Shown one piece after another: positions 23,536 to 37,900 of a stretch of 64,000 bases of DNA. The notes beneath the pieces were generated by a model. The model was not told where the DNA came from. It searched no databases and was given only the letters and a program-made list of their open reading frames with translations. Source of the DNA: Penicillus capitatus (Eukaryota; Plantae; Chlorophyta). The position numbers were made by a program, and so were the translations under genes. The DNA is taken from contig OZ287698.1 of the NCBI GenBank assembly GCA_965649825.1, positions 1,069,949 through 1,133,948 on the forward strand, given 5' to 3'. Positions within the stretch are counted from its first letter, which is position 1. Each line of letters starts with the position of its first letter.

Positions 23536-24504
23536 GTCGCTCTCGTTCAGACAAGCAATCGCACTTTGACGAATGTGGCTTGCTGTAGGGTGGCTGCGTA
23601 AAAAGACACACTGTCTTTGAGTTTAACGATTAGATGGCTTTTACATCTCCCTTTGCACAATGTATATCGGAAGAGGACTGTGTTTGAGTTTGGATGCGGC
23701 GGGACCCTTTATTGTTGCCCTCTCTGTTTGTCACAATTCAGCTGTATGGTGGGTGAGCGTCTTTTCTTTTCTCTGAAACTGCGCAGCAAGACGCGGGTGT
23801 CAGAACACTGTTTGAACGATGATTTAAACAGTGGTTGAGGAAAAAGCGCGCTCCCGGCATGTGATTGACGCATTCCGCCAAACAGAACTCTACCCCTAAG
23901 GGGAGGAATTTCGCGCCGAGCACGAACGTCGTCGCGACAGCTACGTTCATCCGATTTTCCAACACAGGCACAAGGCGTTCACTGGGCAACGTGAAGATAC
24001 TCACATGCGTTGTCTCAGTTCCTCAGACGGAATACTACATAGTGCTGGATCTCATGTCGATTCCTCTCTGACGGAGGCAGATCTCGTCCAACCTAATGAA
24101 CCAAACAGCCATTTGCATTGCATTAAATACGGCCTTCTTGCTTTCTGAGCTAAGCCAGCACCAAAGGAAGGCGACAGCGTATGGTTGCGTTGGACCTGTT
24201 CGTTTGATCCAGTCCATAGATTTATTCGATGCAGACATTTGCAGAGTAATGACACGTTCCGCGGCTTTTACCGCCTTCATGTTTAGACAACGGTTTTTGT
24301 CGGATCTCTTCAAGACTGCCGCTCTTCTCGAATTGCCTTCAATCGCTGCAGAACAGGTCGCGATACACTTTACCATCAACTAGCCGTAACAATGACCTGC
24401 AACAGGGTAGAAGAGCCTGGCTATTGTCATCTACGAACAAGCTCCTGTCACACGACCTTGTTGACAACCCCCTCTTCTCAGAAACTCTTTTTATACTCGT
24501 TGTC

Positions 24505-25339
<835 letters not shown>

Positions 25340-25417
25340 GAATCAAGGCACGTCTTCCTTGCTATCCAGACTTATTTAACAATGCTGTTCTCTGGCTCCA
25401 CGCACGACTGCATCTCT

Positions 25418-25624
25418 TTATGCCACGGCGCGGTAAATGCCCATTCCAGCACACGATGCCGAGGCGAGTACGAGGACGTATCTGTGTAGTCCAACAGGCG
25501 GAGGGCGTTTCCAAAGAGCCGAACCGAGATACACACCGGCTCCAAGAAATACGACCGTACCGATAATTCGACAACTTAAACAGTCAGCTTTGATCTCCCG
25601 AGAGGACGAAGGAAAGAGCATCAT
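25418..25624 (-). CDS. Small two-TM protein, DUF4536/DMAC1-like
   Basis: DCLSCRIIGTVVFLGAGVY motif followed by a second hydrophobic helix. Confidence 0.65.
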   Translation of the reverse strand: MMLFPSSSREIKADCLSCRIIGTVVFLGAGVYLGSALWKRPPPVGLHRYVLVLASASCAGMGIYRAVA

Positions 25625-25899
25625 TGAAAATGAAGTTCCTGTCGCCGATAGACCGTTGCTCAGGCCGTTTGCTCTTCCGCACGACGCCGTCGCCAATACT
25701 CAAGGAGAATCAGCGACTGTCTTGGGCACATCCGTCTTCGAGAGATGCACATCCCTGAGATCCATCGGGTTGAGTGTAGAGGCCAGATGATAGCGCATGA
25801 TACCAGTAGACATCATTCTATGCGGCGCTCTCGCCAATGCACCACCTGCCTCACAGAGCTATCGTAGTTGTGCTTTGGATGAGAATGCGGCTCGCTGGT

Positions 25900-26860
25900 A
25901 ACGTTCGTTTCGGTTGAAGAGACCCGAGGGCGGCGCGACCGTCGTCATCGAATGCGTCGATTCGTATTCCCAAAAACGGAAGACGATTTCAGGTACCGTC
26001 ACCGACAGGGCGAACGCGAGAGATCACATGTTTCTTCATGCCCTTCGCTGTAAGAATGAGTGGCAGCTTTTCTGTCGATCGCCGTGCAGAGGCCTCCGCT
26101 TTCTTTTGTTTCTTGACCTTCTCTTGTCGATTTTTTGCCTTCTTCCTTTTCTTGACGCCTCGTTGTCCCTCGCCTTCTATCGGACTGCTCGATTCTTGTT
26201 CGCCAGATATTGTTTCTGCTTCTCTTTGATGTGAGATGGAACGATCTTCGACCGTCCATCCGTCCATAGCACTGCAAATAGCAGCACATGATAGAGAGGT
26301 GCAAACGTAGCATACTTTAGGATCATGTCGAGAGCATGGCAAAGGTTTGTGACCTCTTTCAGCCACTGCGCTGATTCGTCCAAGTCTTGCGATGCTGCAG
26401 AAACAGCCTTGTTCACGTTCAGGAGATGCCAAAGAACATCGACAGACTCCTCTCTTAACAGAAATCTCGTCAACCATAGAACAACATGTGTAATCACACT
26501 TAATGTGTGGGCGCTGAATGCTCTGTGCCACCGCTCTGAGCAAAGAGGACACGTTCATGCACTGGACGCAACTCGCACAGCAATACTGTCGCCAGAGAAA
26601 GGATCTTTCATCTGCTCTGCGTGTGTAAAGGTTAATGCACCAGTCTTTTGGTAACGGTGATATGACGGCGTTGAAGATCTACTTCGGTGAGCGGCATGTA
26701 CGCTCCCTTCTCTTCTCCAATCTCACCCAGTTCGGTCTCACACATCTCGCACACCGTCGCGGCATCTTTTCCTGATCCGAGTATAGATTTAAGTCGTAGT
26801 AGACAGCATTGGCAGGATGGTCACACTTTGATAATAATGTGTGATTTCCGTTCGGCTTTC
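25900..26860 (-). CDS. Hypothetical multi-exon protein with a K/R-rich low-complexity segment (boundaries approximate)
   Basis: Helical ORF pieces at 26177-26497 and 25989-26280 (KKRKKAKNRQEKVKKQKK, NLS-like). No family recognised. Confidence 0.35.
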
Positions 26861-27154
26861 TAAAAGGAATTGAGGCCGCAAAACAGGAGCCCGCTTTGCC
26901 AACGCCTCGAACTACACTCAGCAATGTCTAGTCAGGGTCTTCGACAGGCGTTTGCTGCGCGTCGCATTGCGGAAAGCTGAGAGGGAAAGAGAACTGTCGT
27001 ATTGCGTTGCTCACCAGCCTCTGCGCTGCATGCTGCATTGTCTCTCTCTGCCGTCTTGTCTCATGATAGCGGCATTCCCGCACTGCTCTATATCGACTGC
27101 TTCAACCCTTCTAGCTCCACTCGCTCCGATTCCATCCTATGCGTCTCTCTTCCG

Positions 27155-28817
27155 ATGAAGATTCCGTTCGTTGAAGTCACAGAATGTCTAGGATTGCAGG
27201 TTTGTTAACAAGACAGAGCAAGCCGTACTCTTCAAGGTATCTCTGCTCCCTTAGGCGCCTCCGGGCAGACCAACAGAAGATGACAGGATGGTATGGGAGC
27301 TTCAATGTCAAGGGTAAGGCTCCAAAGGATCCAGCCGTTGGGCATCATTTGGATATAGGGCATTCGTTGCTGCGAGCTGTGGATGCAGAGTGGCAATTTT
27401 TCATTCCCCGTCCAGACGGCCCAGTCCAGAGCGCCCAACAGATGTTGTCCTTTCCCGCCTCTCTGCCGTCGCCTTTGAAGCTCCACCCCATCGCATTACC
27501 GCTCTCTGTTGGCTATCCAATCTCCTTCCCCAAGTCCAGGTCAGCATTCTCATTTCCCTTGTGAGAATGCACGTCTTCCATTGCCATGTCAAAGAACGAT
27601 GAGACTTTGGATGTCCTGGCCGAGCACTTAATGATAGGAAATGAGAAAGGCGAGTTCATGGTGTACGATATTACAGGAGATCTTATCCTGCGACAGAGAC
27701 TCCATATTCATCCCGTTCTTTGCATCCAATCGCATCCCGCATCTATGGGTCAGGGCATCTTGTTTGAATTCAGAACGATAGAATACAGTGCAGGGTCGGA
27801 GAGGGAGGCACTCGAAGATATCTCAGTCGTCTTTACAGATGTTCTGTGCTGCATTCCGCTTCCAGAGCTGCTTGCCTTCATCCGGCTTCATGAAGCTGGA
27901 TCCGGTCAGCGGCACGATCCCACTCTGCAATTGGCGCACGGAAAATTTGGTTTCCCCAAAAATCAGAGCAGTCGATCGGATGGACTGCATCTCGGTGTGC
28001 AGACACCGTCCCTTAAGTCACAACTCAAGAATGCCGACAGCGACGCTGAAGAAACGAAGATTAGTATCCTCTCAGGTAAATTACCTGCCTGTTGATATAC
28101 CTATGGGTTGATGACGTATGTGTATCAGTCGGGCGATCTCCAGCCATTGGAATGTATGATGCGACGGTGCATGGGGCCAAGGGAGGGGCATTGGCAATGA
28201 TTGGCAAACTGGCATCCTCCATGACCATGGGTGTCACCTCCATGGCCTGGAAAAACGGTCGGAAGGTCTTGAAACGGGGTGTCCGGTCTTGGTGGTCCGG
28301 GTCCAAAGACGAAGAGATGCTTCCTACCGAATCCACTTCTCTACAGTTTTCTCTCCGAGACAACAAACGCCACGTCCAGAATCTCATCCCTGCTCCCCAG
28401 AGCGGACTGGCCGTGTCTGCAGACAATCTGGGACGTGTCTTGCTGATCGATATGCAGAAATCCCTTGTTCTCCGAATCTGGAAGGGATATCGTGATGCGC
28501 AGTGTGCCTGGCTGACACATCCAGCACATGATGGTGATGCCGTTGAGCTCTACTTGGTCCTGTACGGATGGCGACGAGAGACATTAGAAGTCTGGAAGAT
28601 GCGCTATGGATCGAGGGTGTTCTCTGTGGCAGTGGGACCCAACTGCAAGCTCCTCGCGACGCGACTCCCCATGGGATTGCCTGAGAATCATCGGTGGTCC
28701 GTCAAATGCGCTGTCTTGGATCACGACAAGGAAGAGATTTGGGATGTGGGAGAGAAAGCGTTTCCTCCTAACAGTGGAAAAGTGGAAGCGATTTGGGACA
28801 TGATGCTGACACCGTGA
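27155..28817 (+). CDS. RAB3GAP2: Rab3 GTPase-activating protein non-catalytic subunit (N-terminal WD-like region)
   Basis: LAVSADNLGRVLLIDMQKSLVLRIWKGYRDAQCAW and LYGWRRETLEVWKMRYG match the RAB3GAP2 N-terminal signature. Start is approximate. Confidence 0.8.
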
Positions 28818-28970
28818 ACGCTGCACGCGTCAGCCATCGCCTATCAACCGTATCTCTGCCATAGACGACGTTCGTATGTATACAGGATGGCGCAATTCGC
28901 ACCATATAGAGCATCTATTGCCGTTTAACGTTCGCGTGTGTACGTTCAGTCTTTTACCCGCGCTGTTCAG

Positions 28971-31900
28971 ATGACGGATGCACGCGACTACGAATGGGCC
29001 GCAATCGGCTATACCGATGACGAGCTCTACGATTTCGCCGAACCGGACCTGTACGACAGTATCTGCGATGTCGGGGTCACCACGGCGACAGGCTTTCGCC
29101 AGGATGACGATCTCGGGCCAAAGCCTCAGTGGGAACACATCGACGAAGGAGCAGGTGTCGATACGTGGGGTCGCCCTGTTCCTCGCGCCCTTCATCCGGC
29201 CACCGATTCAATAAGTGCACTATGGATCCCTTTGCCAAACACGCTCTATGTGGTTTGATCAGTTTTCCAGCAATTCGACGTCGATTTCGTCATCGACGCC
29301 TCGAAGCCTGTCGTGCGCATCTTCGGTGTGAATGATTCCGGTATGCTTGTGAATCTCGGAGACGTTTCTGAGAGTGGCGTGCAGGCAACAGTGTCTGTGC
29401 GTTCGTTCGCGGATTTGAGCCTTACTTCTACATCGAATTGCCACCGGGTTTTACGTCTGGCCACATTCCAGCCTTCAAAGACGAGCTCAAAGTGCGTTTC
29501 TTTCATCGTTTATAGATCTATCGGAGAATCGACGACAGAGACGGGTGAATGCCGATAGCAACCAGACGCATGAGATCACACGCGTGGTGATACAAGAGAA
29601 ATTGAACATCTGGCAATACCAGTTCCATAAACAAACGCAGTTTCTCAAGATCTACACACAACTGCCCAATACCATCTCTGTGTGTCGATCGACTCTGGAG
29701 AATCGATCGTTTGTTGTGAATGATGTGACAGTCGGTCGCTGCCAGACGTTCGAGAGCAATCTCCTCTTTCCCCTCAGGTCCCTCCAGCACATCATGCATC
29801 GCAGCGGATGGTACAGCTGAGCAACAGGTTTATGATCGATTGCGGCATCTCCGGAGGAACCTGGGTCGAGGTACCAGCAGGAAAGTACGCCAGAGTTACT
29901 GGACAGCAGAAACGAACGACATCGCAGATCGAGATCGAACTAGAATATCGCCATCTCATCAATCATCCCCCAGATGGTACCACACCGTCTCTTCAGCACA
30001 GTCATGAGCGAGATCTCTTGTGACAGGAGAGTTTGCGCGTCTGGCACCTTTTCGAATCCTCAGTGTGGATATTGAGTGCGAAGGGCGTAAGGTTCGTGGC
30101 GTTGCTTATCTATGCAAATGATGGGATGGGATGGTGCAGGGCAAGTTTCCCGATCCGGAATTCGATTCTGTCATTCAGATTGCGAGTCGTGTGACATGTT
30201 TGGGCAGTTCCACGTCAGCCGTCAACAATGTTCTCACTCTAAAAGAGTGTTCTCCCATTATTGGTGCTGAAGTCATGTGCTTCGAGAAGGAGACAGATCT
30301 GCTACTGAAATGGCAAAGACTGCTGCGCGTTACCGACCCAGATATCATCATCGGATACAACATCTGCAATTTCGATCTTCCATACCTCGTCAACCGTGCG
30401 AAGAAGCTTCAAATCGACGGTGAATTTGAGTTTTGGGGCCGTATCCGTGCAAGTATATCATCGATTGCATCAATCGCGTTTCCTTTTTCAAAAAGCGCGG
30501 TAGACGCATATCTCTCAGCACTCACGTATCACTTCTAAAACTCAATGTCAACAAAGCCCCCCGACCAAACCCGACCTGGCGAAGACTCCCTCGGTCGATT
30601 TGCGAACAACGCCGACCACTCGTCGCAGTATCGTGTATACCTTCGAGCACGCCTTCACTATCTGCCCTTTCTCAGCAACGCCGCGCTAGCCAATGTCCTG
30701 GAAAAGACCTGCCAGATTGATCCGAGCACTCTTTCCCGTGGTGCACAAGAAGAATCCGTCCGCGCCTACGCTAATGAGACACACCTACGCTTAATTGATG
30801 AAGATTGGCAATTACGCCTGAGTCGAGCACAATCAGAGCAAGAGAAGGCAGTGATTCTACACGAAACAACTTCCGCTCCGCCGTTCCAAAACGAAGAAGT
30901 TCTAAAACGCAAAACGCCAGTAGAATGGAGTGACGAGACGCTAGAATCCTTGGTTATGCATCCGACACGCAGACAGCCCTCAATGTCGCGCCCGGCGACG
31001 CCACCAGTCACGAAAAATGACCTTCCAGTGAAAGGCTTTCCCGCGGTCCTTCAACAAATCAGTAACGAGCTGGAAAAAGACGACACGCTAAAGACTCAAT
31101 TAGTGGGTCTCCTTCAGAACCTATTATCCGGAGTCCAACCACCGAAAAAACTGTTGCAGGAAACCTTGAACGTGCTCACCTCATCGAAGAACAGTATGCA
31201 TGGTCTTAAACTGGGACTCGATCTTAGTATCGAGACCATGAAAGCACACGGCACTCCATGCGTCCAGAGTTCTCTACCTCCGAGAGCACGCGAAAACCCC
31301 AGACCATCTTACGCCAGTATTGCAAGAGCACATGTTCCCGAACCAGTTCGAGCTCCTCCTCGACGACCGACTGCGAGAAATGAACTGGCTGCCATGCGTC
31401 ATGCAATCAGAGACGACGCCAGATCAGTGAAACTGCGATCAGTTAAAGCGGACGGCGCCCGTCCCCCTGGTATAATTGCCAACGCAATCGCGAAGCTTAT
31501 AGATGTCAGCATGCCCACGAATAAGATAGTGGAGGATGTGCGATGCGATTCGCGAGGTACCACATATGTCCAACTATTCACAGAGGGTTTTGAGACAAGA
31601 CTGAAGACACTGCTTAATAAAACCGACTCAAACCAGGTAATCGACCTTGGTGACGCAGGGTACTATACTATGAGCGAACCTACTAAATGCGAAGTAGCGG
31701 GTATGGCTCCTATTGTCATATCAGGGGTCAAGTCGTCGCACAGCCCAGCCCAGATAGCAACAGAAATCTGGGAAATGAACGCGACGAGATGGGGCCTTAG
31801 CAACGAACGGTGCGCACAGCACATCGCTGGTATCTCCCGCCTAAATCGTCGAGTCAGACCACGAGACGGAGAAGACAAATCACCTAATCCAACCTGGGTA

Positions 31901-34900
31901 CCTTCAAAGAGCATCAAAATGTTTGTTTCTAGAGACCTCCTTCGAGCCATGGCCACCCCCGAAGAAAGATACCTGATTCGCTACGAGTATGAATTCCTAG
32001 AGGGCCGCCCGTTCAACAAACCACTCCGAGTCTGCGAAAACTGCGGTACATTGGCGGAACACGACGCCAGAGCATGTCGCCGGCCTCCACGGTGCAACAT
32101 TTGTCACGGAAACCACCGATCAGCTGACTGCAAGAGGAACATCCCCTTTGCCCCTAATATGCCCTCTGGATCTGTTCGAGATACTCCCAGGAGCAAAGCT
32201 AGATCCCCCCTACTGACCAAGACCTCGGGTGAGAGAAGAGAAGCCTTGGTACATGACACGCCCTCCGACTACGGCAGACATAACACAGATGATATGTGCA
32301 TTGACTCGAAGCCCCAAGATGAATGAGTTTCAGACCGACACGAGCCATTGTCCAGTCCCCTCAGATTTACACCCTCTCTACTCTTCCATCAGTAACCCCT
32401 CTCTGCACGAAGCTCGATCTCGATCTCGATCTCGATCTCGATTAACTGTTAGCTCCAACTCTACGCTTACCCTTGATTCACTTTTGATACTACAACAAAA
32501 TGTCAGAGCAAATAAACTGCTTACTGAACTGACCTTGCTCAAACATTCTCCGGATCTTTTCCTTATTTCAGACCCTCCTAAATGTATTAGAGAAGGCTGG
32601 TGCCCCCCAGGCTTTCGATGCGTCCTGCCGCACGGCCACTGTGGGACCGGCCACTGTTGTATCGTTATCAAAGATTACATAGCTTATAACGAAGTTTTCA
32701 CTTCCAGTAACAGAGTTTGCGCACTAACCATTAAAGTTAACTCTCGTTCCATCGGTTTTGTTTGCTGCTATATTCAGCACACAAGTGCTGCAGGTCTTCA
32801 GCACGTTAAAGATACTCATCTTTCTCTTGAGTCCCAAGGAGTATCCTCGGTTATTGGCGGAGACTTTAACTCCCATAGCAGCTTATGGGGCCCGATCTCA
32901 ACACCTACGTGCAATTCTGGACGACAAGTAGAGAATTGGCTCGAACACTCGACACTCAGCCTCCACAATCATTACCCCTGCATCGAAACATTCCGCAACT
33001 CAAGAAATGAACGAAGCTGGATAGACCTTACATGCACATCGGATAGAATTGCCAACTGGATCCAAAACTGGATAGTGACCCGTTGCGATGAAGACCTCTC
33101 CGATCACAACCTGATCAGCTTCAGAATCGTCACAGAGGAAAACGTTAAACTCTCCGATCGCATTCAAGACTGGAGAAACTGCAACTGGGACTCCCTCAGT
33201 CTTTATCTGGAGAGAGACCTTAAAAACGAAGGATGGCTCGACTTCGAATGGGACAAGATAACCACGGGCGAAGAATTGGACACCCGTATCTTGGAACTCG
33301 AAGATGCAATCAGACGCTCAACCAGAAAACTAATCCCCATGAGAAGGAAGACTTCGATGAGGAAACACTGGTGGAATCCGGAACTTACTCGTTTGCACAG
33401 AGACCTCAAAAGAAAACAACGAAGACTCTGGAAACTCACATCAAAAGGCCGCCCTCCAGATGTCCTCGAATCAGCACGAATCGATAGAGATGAGGCGAAA
33501 AAGAATTTTCAAAAAGAGGCCAACGCTGCAAAAACCAAGTCCTGGAGAATTTTTCTCGAAAACACAGATAAAACGAACATGTGGTCCAATTTCAAGCGCA
33601 TCACCAAGCAAAAGAAGAGAGTCGATCTGTCGTATGTCACGGATTTGGAAGACCAAGTCCGGTCTTCCCCCCTGGAGGTGGCCAATGCTCTGGCCGAGAA
33701 ATTCATCCCGGACATTCCAGGAACTTGCTCCCCGACTGAAGCCATGAATGATGACGAACCGATGGTCGCCTCAGACACACTTCTCACAGATCTGCCTATT
33801 GCATTAACGGATTTCCCTGAAGTCACTGAGAGTGAAATAGTCAGAGGCGTATTCGGCAACAAGCCATATGGCGCTGTTGGAATCGACAGAATCCCCAATC
33901 AACTCTACAGGATAGCATTTCCCTTCCTAAAAAGAATGCTATTGGGTATTGTGAACTGCGTACTGAGAACCTCACACCACTGTCATCATTGGAAAACTGC
34001 TGCCGTCGTCGCAGTACCCAAGACCACCCAACATCTTAACTCGGTAAAATCTCTCCGTCCGATCAGTCTGTTGTGTGCCTTAGGAAAAATAGTTGAAAAA
34101 ATCATCACGGACCGTCTGGCACACTGGGCAGAATCTAACATGGTCTTGTCTGACAAGCAGTTCGGTTTCAGGAAGCAAAAGTCTTGCGAGACTGCATTGG
34201 CCAACCTCATTGACAGAGCTGAATCATGCTTCGATCAAGGACAGGACATGCTGGTAGCCTCCCTAGACCTGTCGTCAGCTTTTGACACTATTAATGGCTC
34301 CAAATTACTTTCGAGACTGAGGGACCTGGAAGTCCCTCCGTACCTGCTATCTTGGCTGCAGAACTATGTGAACGATCGCCACTGTGTCATTAAGGTTGCT
34401 GACCAAGAGTTCAGTTACCCAGTTCTCTCGGCCTGCCCACAAGGCAGTCCACTGAGCCCTTTACTGTTCAACCTTTACGTTAACCAAGTTCTGGAGCAGC
34501 ACGAAACTCCCCCCTCTAATACTCCAAGACTCTCTCCCCCTGACGCTCATTCTTCGCAATCCGGCATACAGGCTTATGCTGATGATCTACTGGTGTGGAC
34601 TACAGGTCCCCTGGACACAGAAAACCAGTCTAACCTCCAATCACATCTAGATAAAATCCACCTCTGGACCAAAGAAGCCGGTCTGATGCTAAACCCAACA
34701 AAGTGTGTCACCATCCGACTATCTCGAAAGCGGGGCGGAAGGCCTCCTCTTAAGATGTTGATCGACGGGACGGAACTAGTAGAAAACTCAGTGATCAAGT
34801 ACCTTGGACTCCAGATCGACAGGAAACTCCAATGGCGAGAACACGTCAAATTCGCAGTGCAAAAAGCCAACAAACGACTGCTCACTCTCAGGAAGATTTC

Positions 34901-37900
34901 TGGCCATCGCTGGGGGATTGATTCGACGATCATGGCAAAGCTAGTAAAGATGGGAGTTCTCCCAACCCTTTACTATGCTGCTCCAATCTGGGCCTCCGCT
35001 CGAGCCAATCCTCAAACCCTGCGATCACTGGAAGTGATTACAAGACAACTTGCTCTGATTGTGACAGGATGTCTAAAGACTACAGCCTACGCACCGTGCT
35101 ATGCACTATCTGGACTATATGAACCAGATCTGGAAATCTCTCGCCGCTTAATAGTGTTCGGAAGACGCTTACACTCAATCGAGCGATCCTGCATACAAAG
35201 AACCACAAGGTCACAGTTTCGCCTCAACACGGAAGCAAAAAGAATCGCACGACAACAAGTAACCCCTGACATTCTTCTCTCGCCCAGTCAAATCGCTTGG
35301 GGCATCGCACCTTACGAGTCGAACCTCTGGATTCGACCAGGTAATTCCAAACTTCCATCCTCCCCAAGCGACGGCAAATACTACTGCATCCTTAAGAAAC
35401 TACCAGACTCCCTCTGTTTCGCATGGTCCTGGCGCCATGCTTGTGTCTCACAGGAAGGTTCCTTTGCTTTACCTCTTAGCCTTGAAGAAGATCAAGCTGA
35501 AGCGATCGGCATCCTACTATCGCTGCCTCGCATCTACGCACAAGAAGCCCAAGAATGCAGATATCGATCACCTGACTGTACTCTACAACGCCTCATTCTG
35601 CACTCTAAGAACTCAGGACTTCGGAAATATCTGCTCAAGCTGCAAAACATCCCACGTCTCGCTTACCTGTTGCAGCTATGGATTCGAAATATCCAACTCA
35701 ATGGCATTGAAGTCAGCTGGCTTCGCCCGGATGAATTCTGCGATCTCAGTGCGTGGCGCCGCACCAAGATTATTGCTAAGCAGTGCAACTCGCACCTCCC
35801 GCCTCAAAGATGTGAAGACCCGTCTTCTAGCGAAGGCACTTTGAGTCTTGAGGACCTCTTATCGCTCGCCGGCCTGTGCAACAAGAAGATGAAGAAGATC
35901 CTGAAAGACTACTCGAATGCCTACATGAATGCCACTCTCCTTGCCTCTGACGTCGGTCTTGCCACCACTGACCTGATCAGGATCTGCCCCGACTTCAAGT
36001 TTACTGGAAACTCCTTCCCTGCCCATGGACTTGATCGAACAACTGGCTCCGCCCTGAATCAATTCCTAACTGCCCACATGCCAGCAAACACGTATCTCGA
36101 AAGATTCCAACTGCCCTCTTTTCATAAGATCTGCTGCCACGACCACTGGAATGAACTGGATAACACGACCCATGACTTCAGAGATCATATCCTCATGCAG
36201 TGCGACGACCAGCATATCCAAGCGCTCCGTGTGGCGACCTTCCAAGGAGTCATTCCTCCGTACTCCAGATGTATTACATGGCCAACAGCAATGTCAAACA
36301 TCAACTCTCTGGCAAGTTTCGCAAAGGCCATCCTGAAGATTCCATGGTTTTACCGCCTCAAACAGAACAACACGACTTGGTCGGCAGAAACATCCCAATC
36401 TTGCCTCTCGCTTGATCCGAATGCCGCTTTTGCCAGTTGCATGGAGCATCCATCTACCTCACTGGGTAATAGATCGGCGATGAACTGGCTACTGAGCATA
36501 AGTTAAAAGCCGCCCTGCCCCACCATCAATGCCCTCGGCCATAACCTCCGTCTGAGCCAGATTTACTCGTCATACTGTCAAGGATCGCCCTGCCTGGGGT
36601 AGCTCGTGAGGTAGTCTGGTCTCCATTCGCAACTGACCAGGCTGATTCGGATTCCAAAGATGTGATCTGTCCTTCTTTCATTGTGAAACGAGTCTTTTAC
36701 AACACGTGGTCCTTGTTCAAGTGGCTGATATGCGTTATGCACTGCCACTATAATCCCCTTTAAATGATGATCCGTGCAAGTCGCCTGAAGATGCGCAACT
36801 CCCAATTCAGTTCCAAGGCATACGGCACGCACGAGTACAAAGAGATCAGTGTGGAAGGCCGCGTTCAGTTTGACTTGATGCTGTCCATCCAGAGAGATCA
36901 CAAACTCAGCTCCTACTCACTCAATTCCGTTTCGGCGCACTTTCTGGGGGAGCAGAAAGAAGATGTGCACCATTCGTGTATTACGGATCTACAGAACGGC
37001 AATCCCGAAACACGGCGACGTTTGGCCGTCTACTGCATCAAAGCACGATAAGTGATGTGACAACACCAGTGGACTGACTCTATGGTTATCTAGGATGCAT
37101 ACTTGCCACAGAGGCTGATCGACCGACTGATGTACATGTACAACTATATGGAGATGGCCCGCGTCACGGGTGTCCCTTTCAGTTATCTCCTGACAAAGTG
37201 TCCTCCAGCTTCTCTCCAAAGGGATCGAGCATTACTCTATTTGTGTGATATAGAGGGCAAAGTATCAAGGTCTACTCTCAGCTTTTGAGAAAAGCACGAA
37301 ACAAAGGCATCATCATTCCGAGTCTCAAAGTGCGTGGTGGCTTCTCTCTGTGATGTTGTCGAGATGTGTGTATTCAGTCTGGTGGTCAAACGCAGGGTGT
37401 GGCCTACGAAGGAGCGACGGTGTTAGACGCATGTCAAGGGTACTATGATTCTCCAGTGGCGACACTCGATTTTGCCTCACTGTATCCTTCCATCATGATA
37501 GCTCACAATCTCTGCTACACTACTCTTGTTCCCAAAGACAAGTACAGGCAGCACAAGATGTTTTCATTTTCGATGCATTCCTGTCTGTGCGTGCAGGATC
37601 GCAACGCTCGCTCCCAAGGAGACTGAGATGTCGCCATGTGGAAACGCATTTGTCAAGGCATCTGTGCAGAAGGGTCTATTGCCTGAAGTACTGGAGGAAT
37701 TGCTGGCTGCCAGAAAACGGGCAAAAGCAGATTTGAAGAAAGCCACCGATCCTTTTCAGAAAGCTGTGTTAGATGGTCGCCAACTGGCATTGAAAGTCAG
37801 TGCTAACAGTGTCTATGGCTTCACCGGTGCGACGGTTGGCAAACTGCCATGTCTCGAGATTTCTTCGAGCGTTACTGCCTACGGCCGTGAAATGATCCAC

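Larger units (their letters stand above)
30455..36769 (+). mobile_element. Intact full-length LINE B (I/R1/Tad1-like)
   Basis: Perfect 12-bp TSD ATCCGTGCAAGT (30443-30454, 36770-36781). Both ORFs are uninterrupted. Short ATGATG-type tail. Confidence 0.95.

Noticed and set aside
30455-30544. Hairpins in the LINE B 5' UTR (CGATTG/CAATCG; CGCG..CGCG) as a possible ribozyme
   Set aside because: No HDV or hammerhead core is identifiable.
36507-36700. Hammerhead-like CTGA...GAAA elements in the LINE B 3' UTR
   Set aside because: The core is not CUGANGA and the flanking stems do not form.
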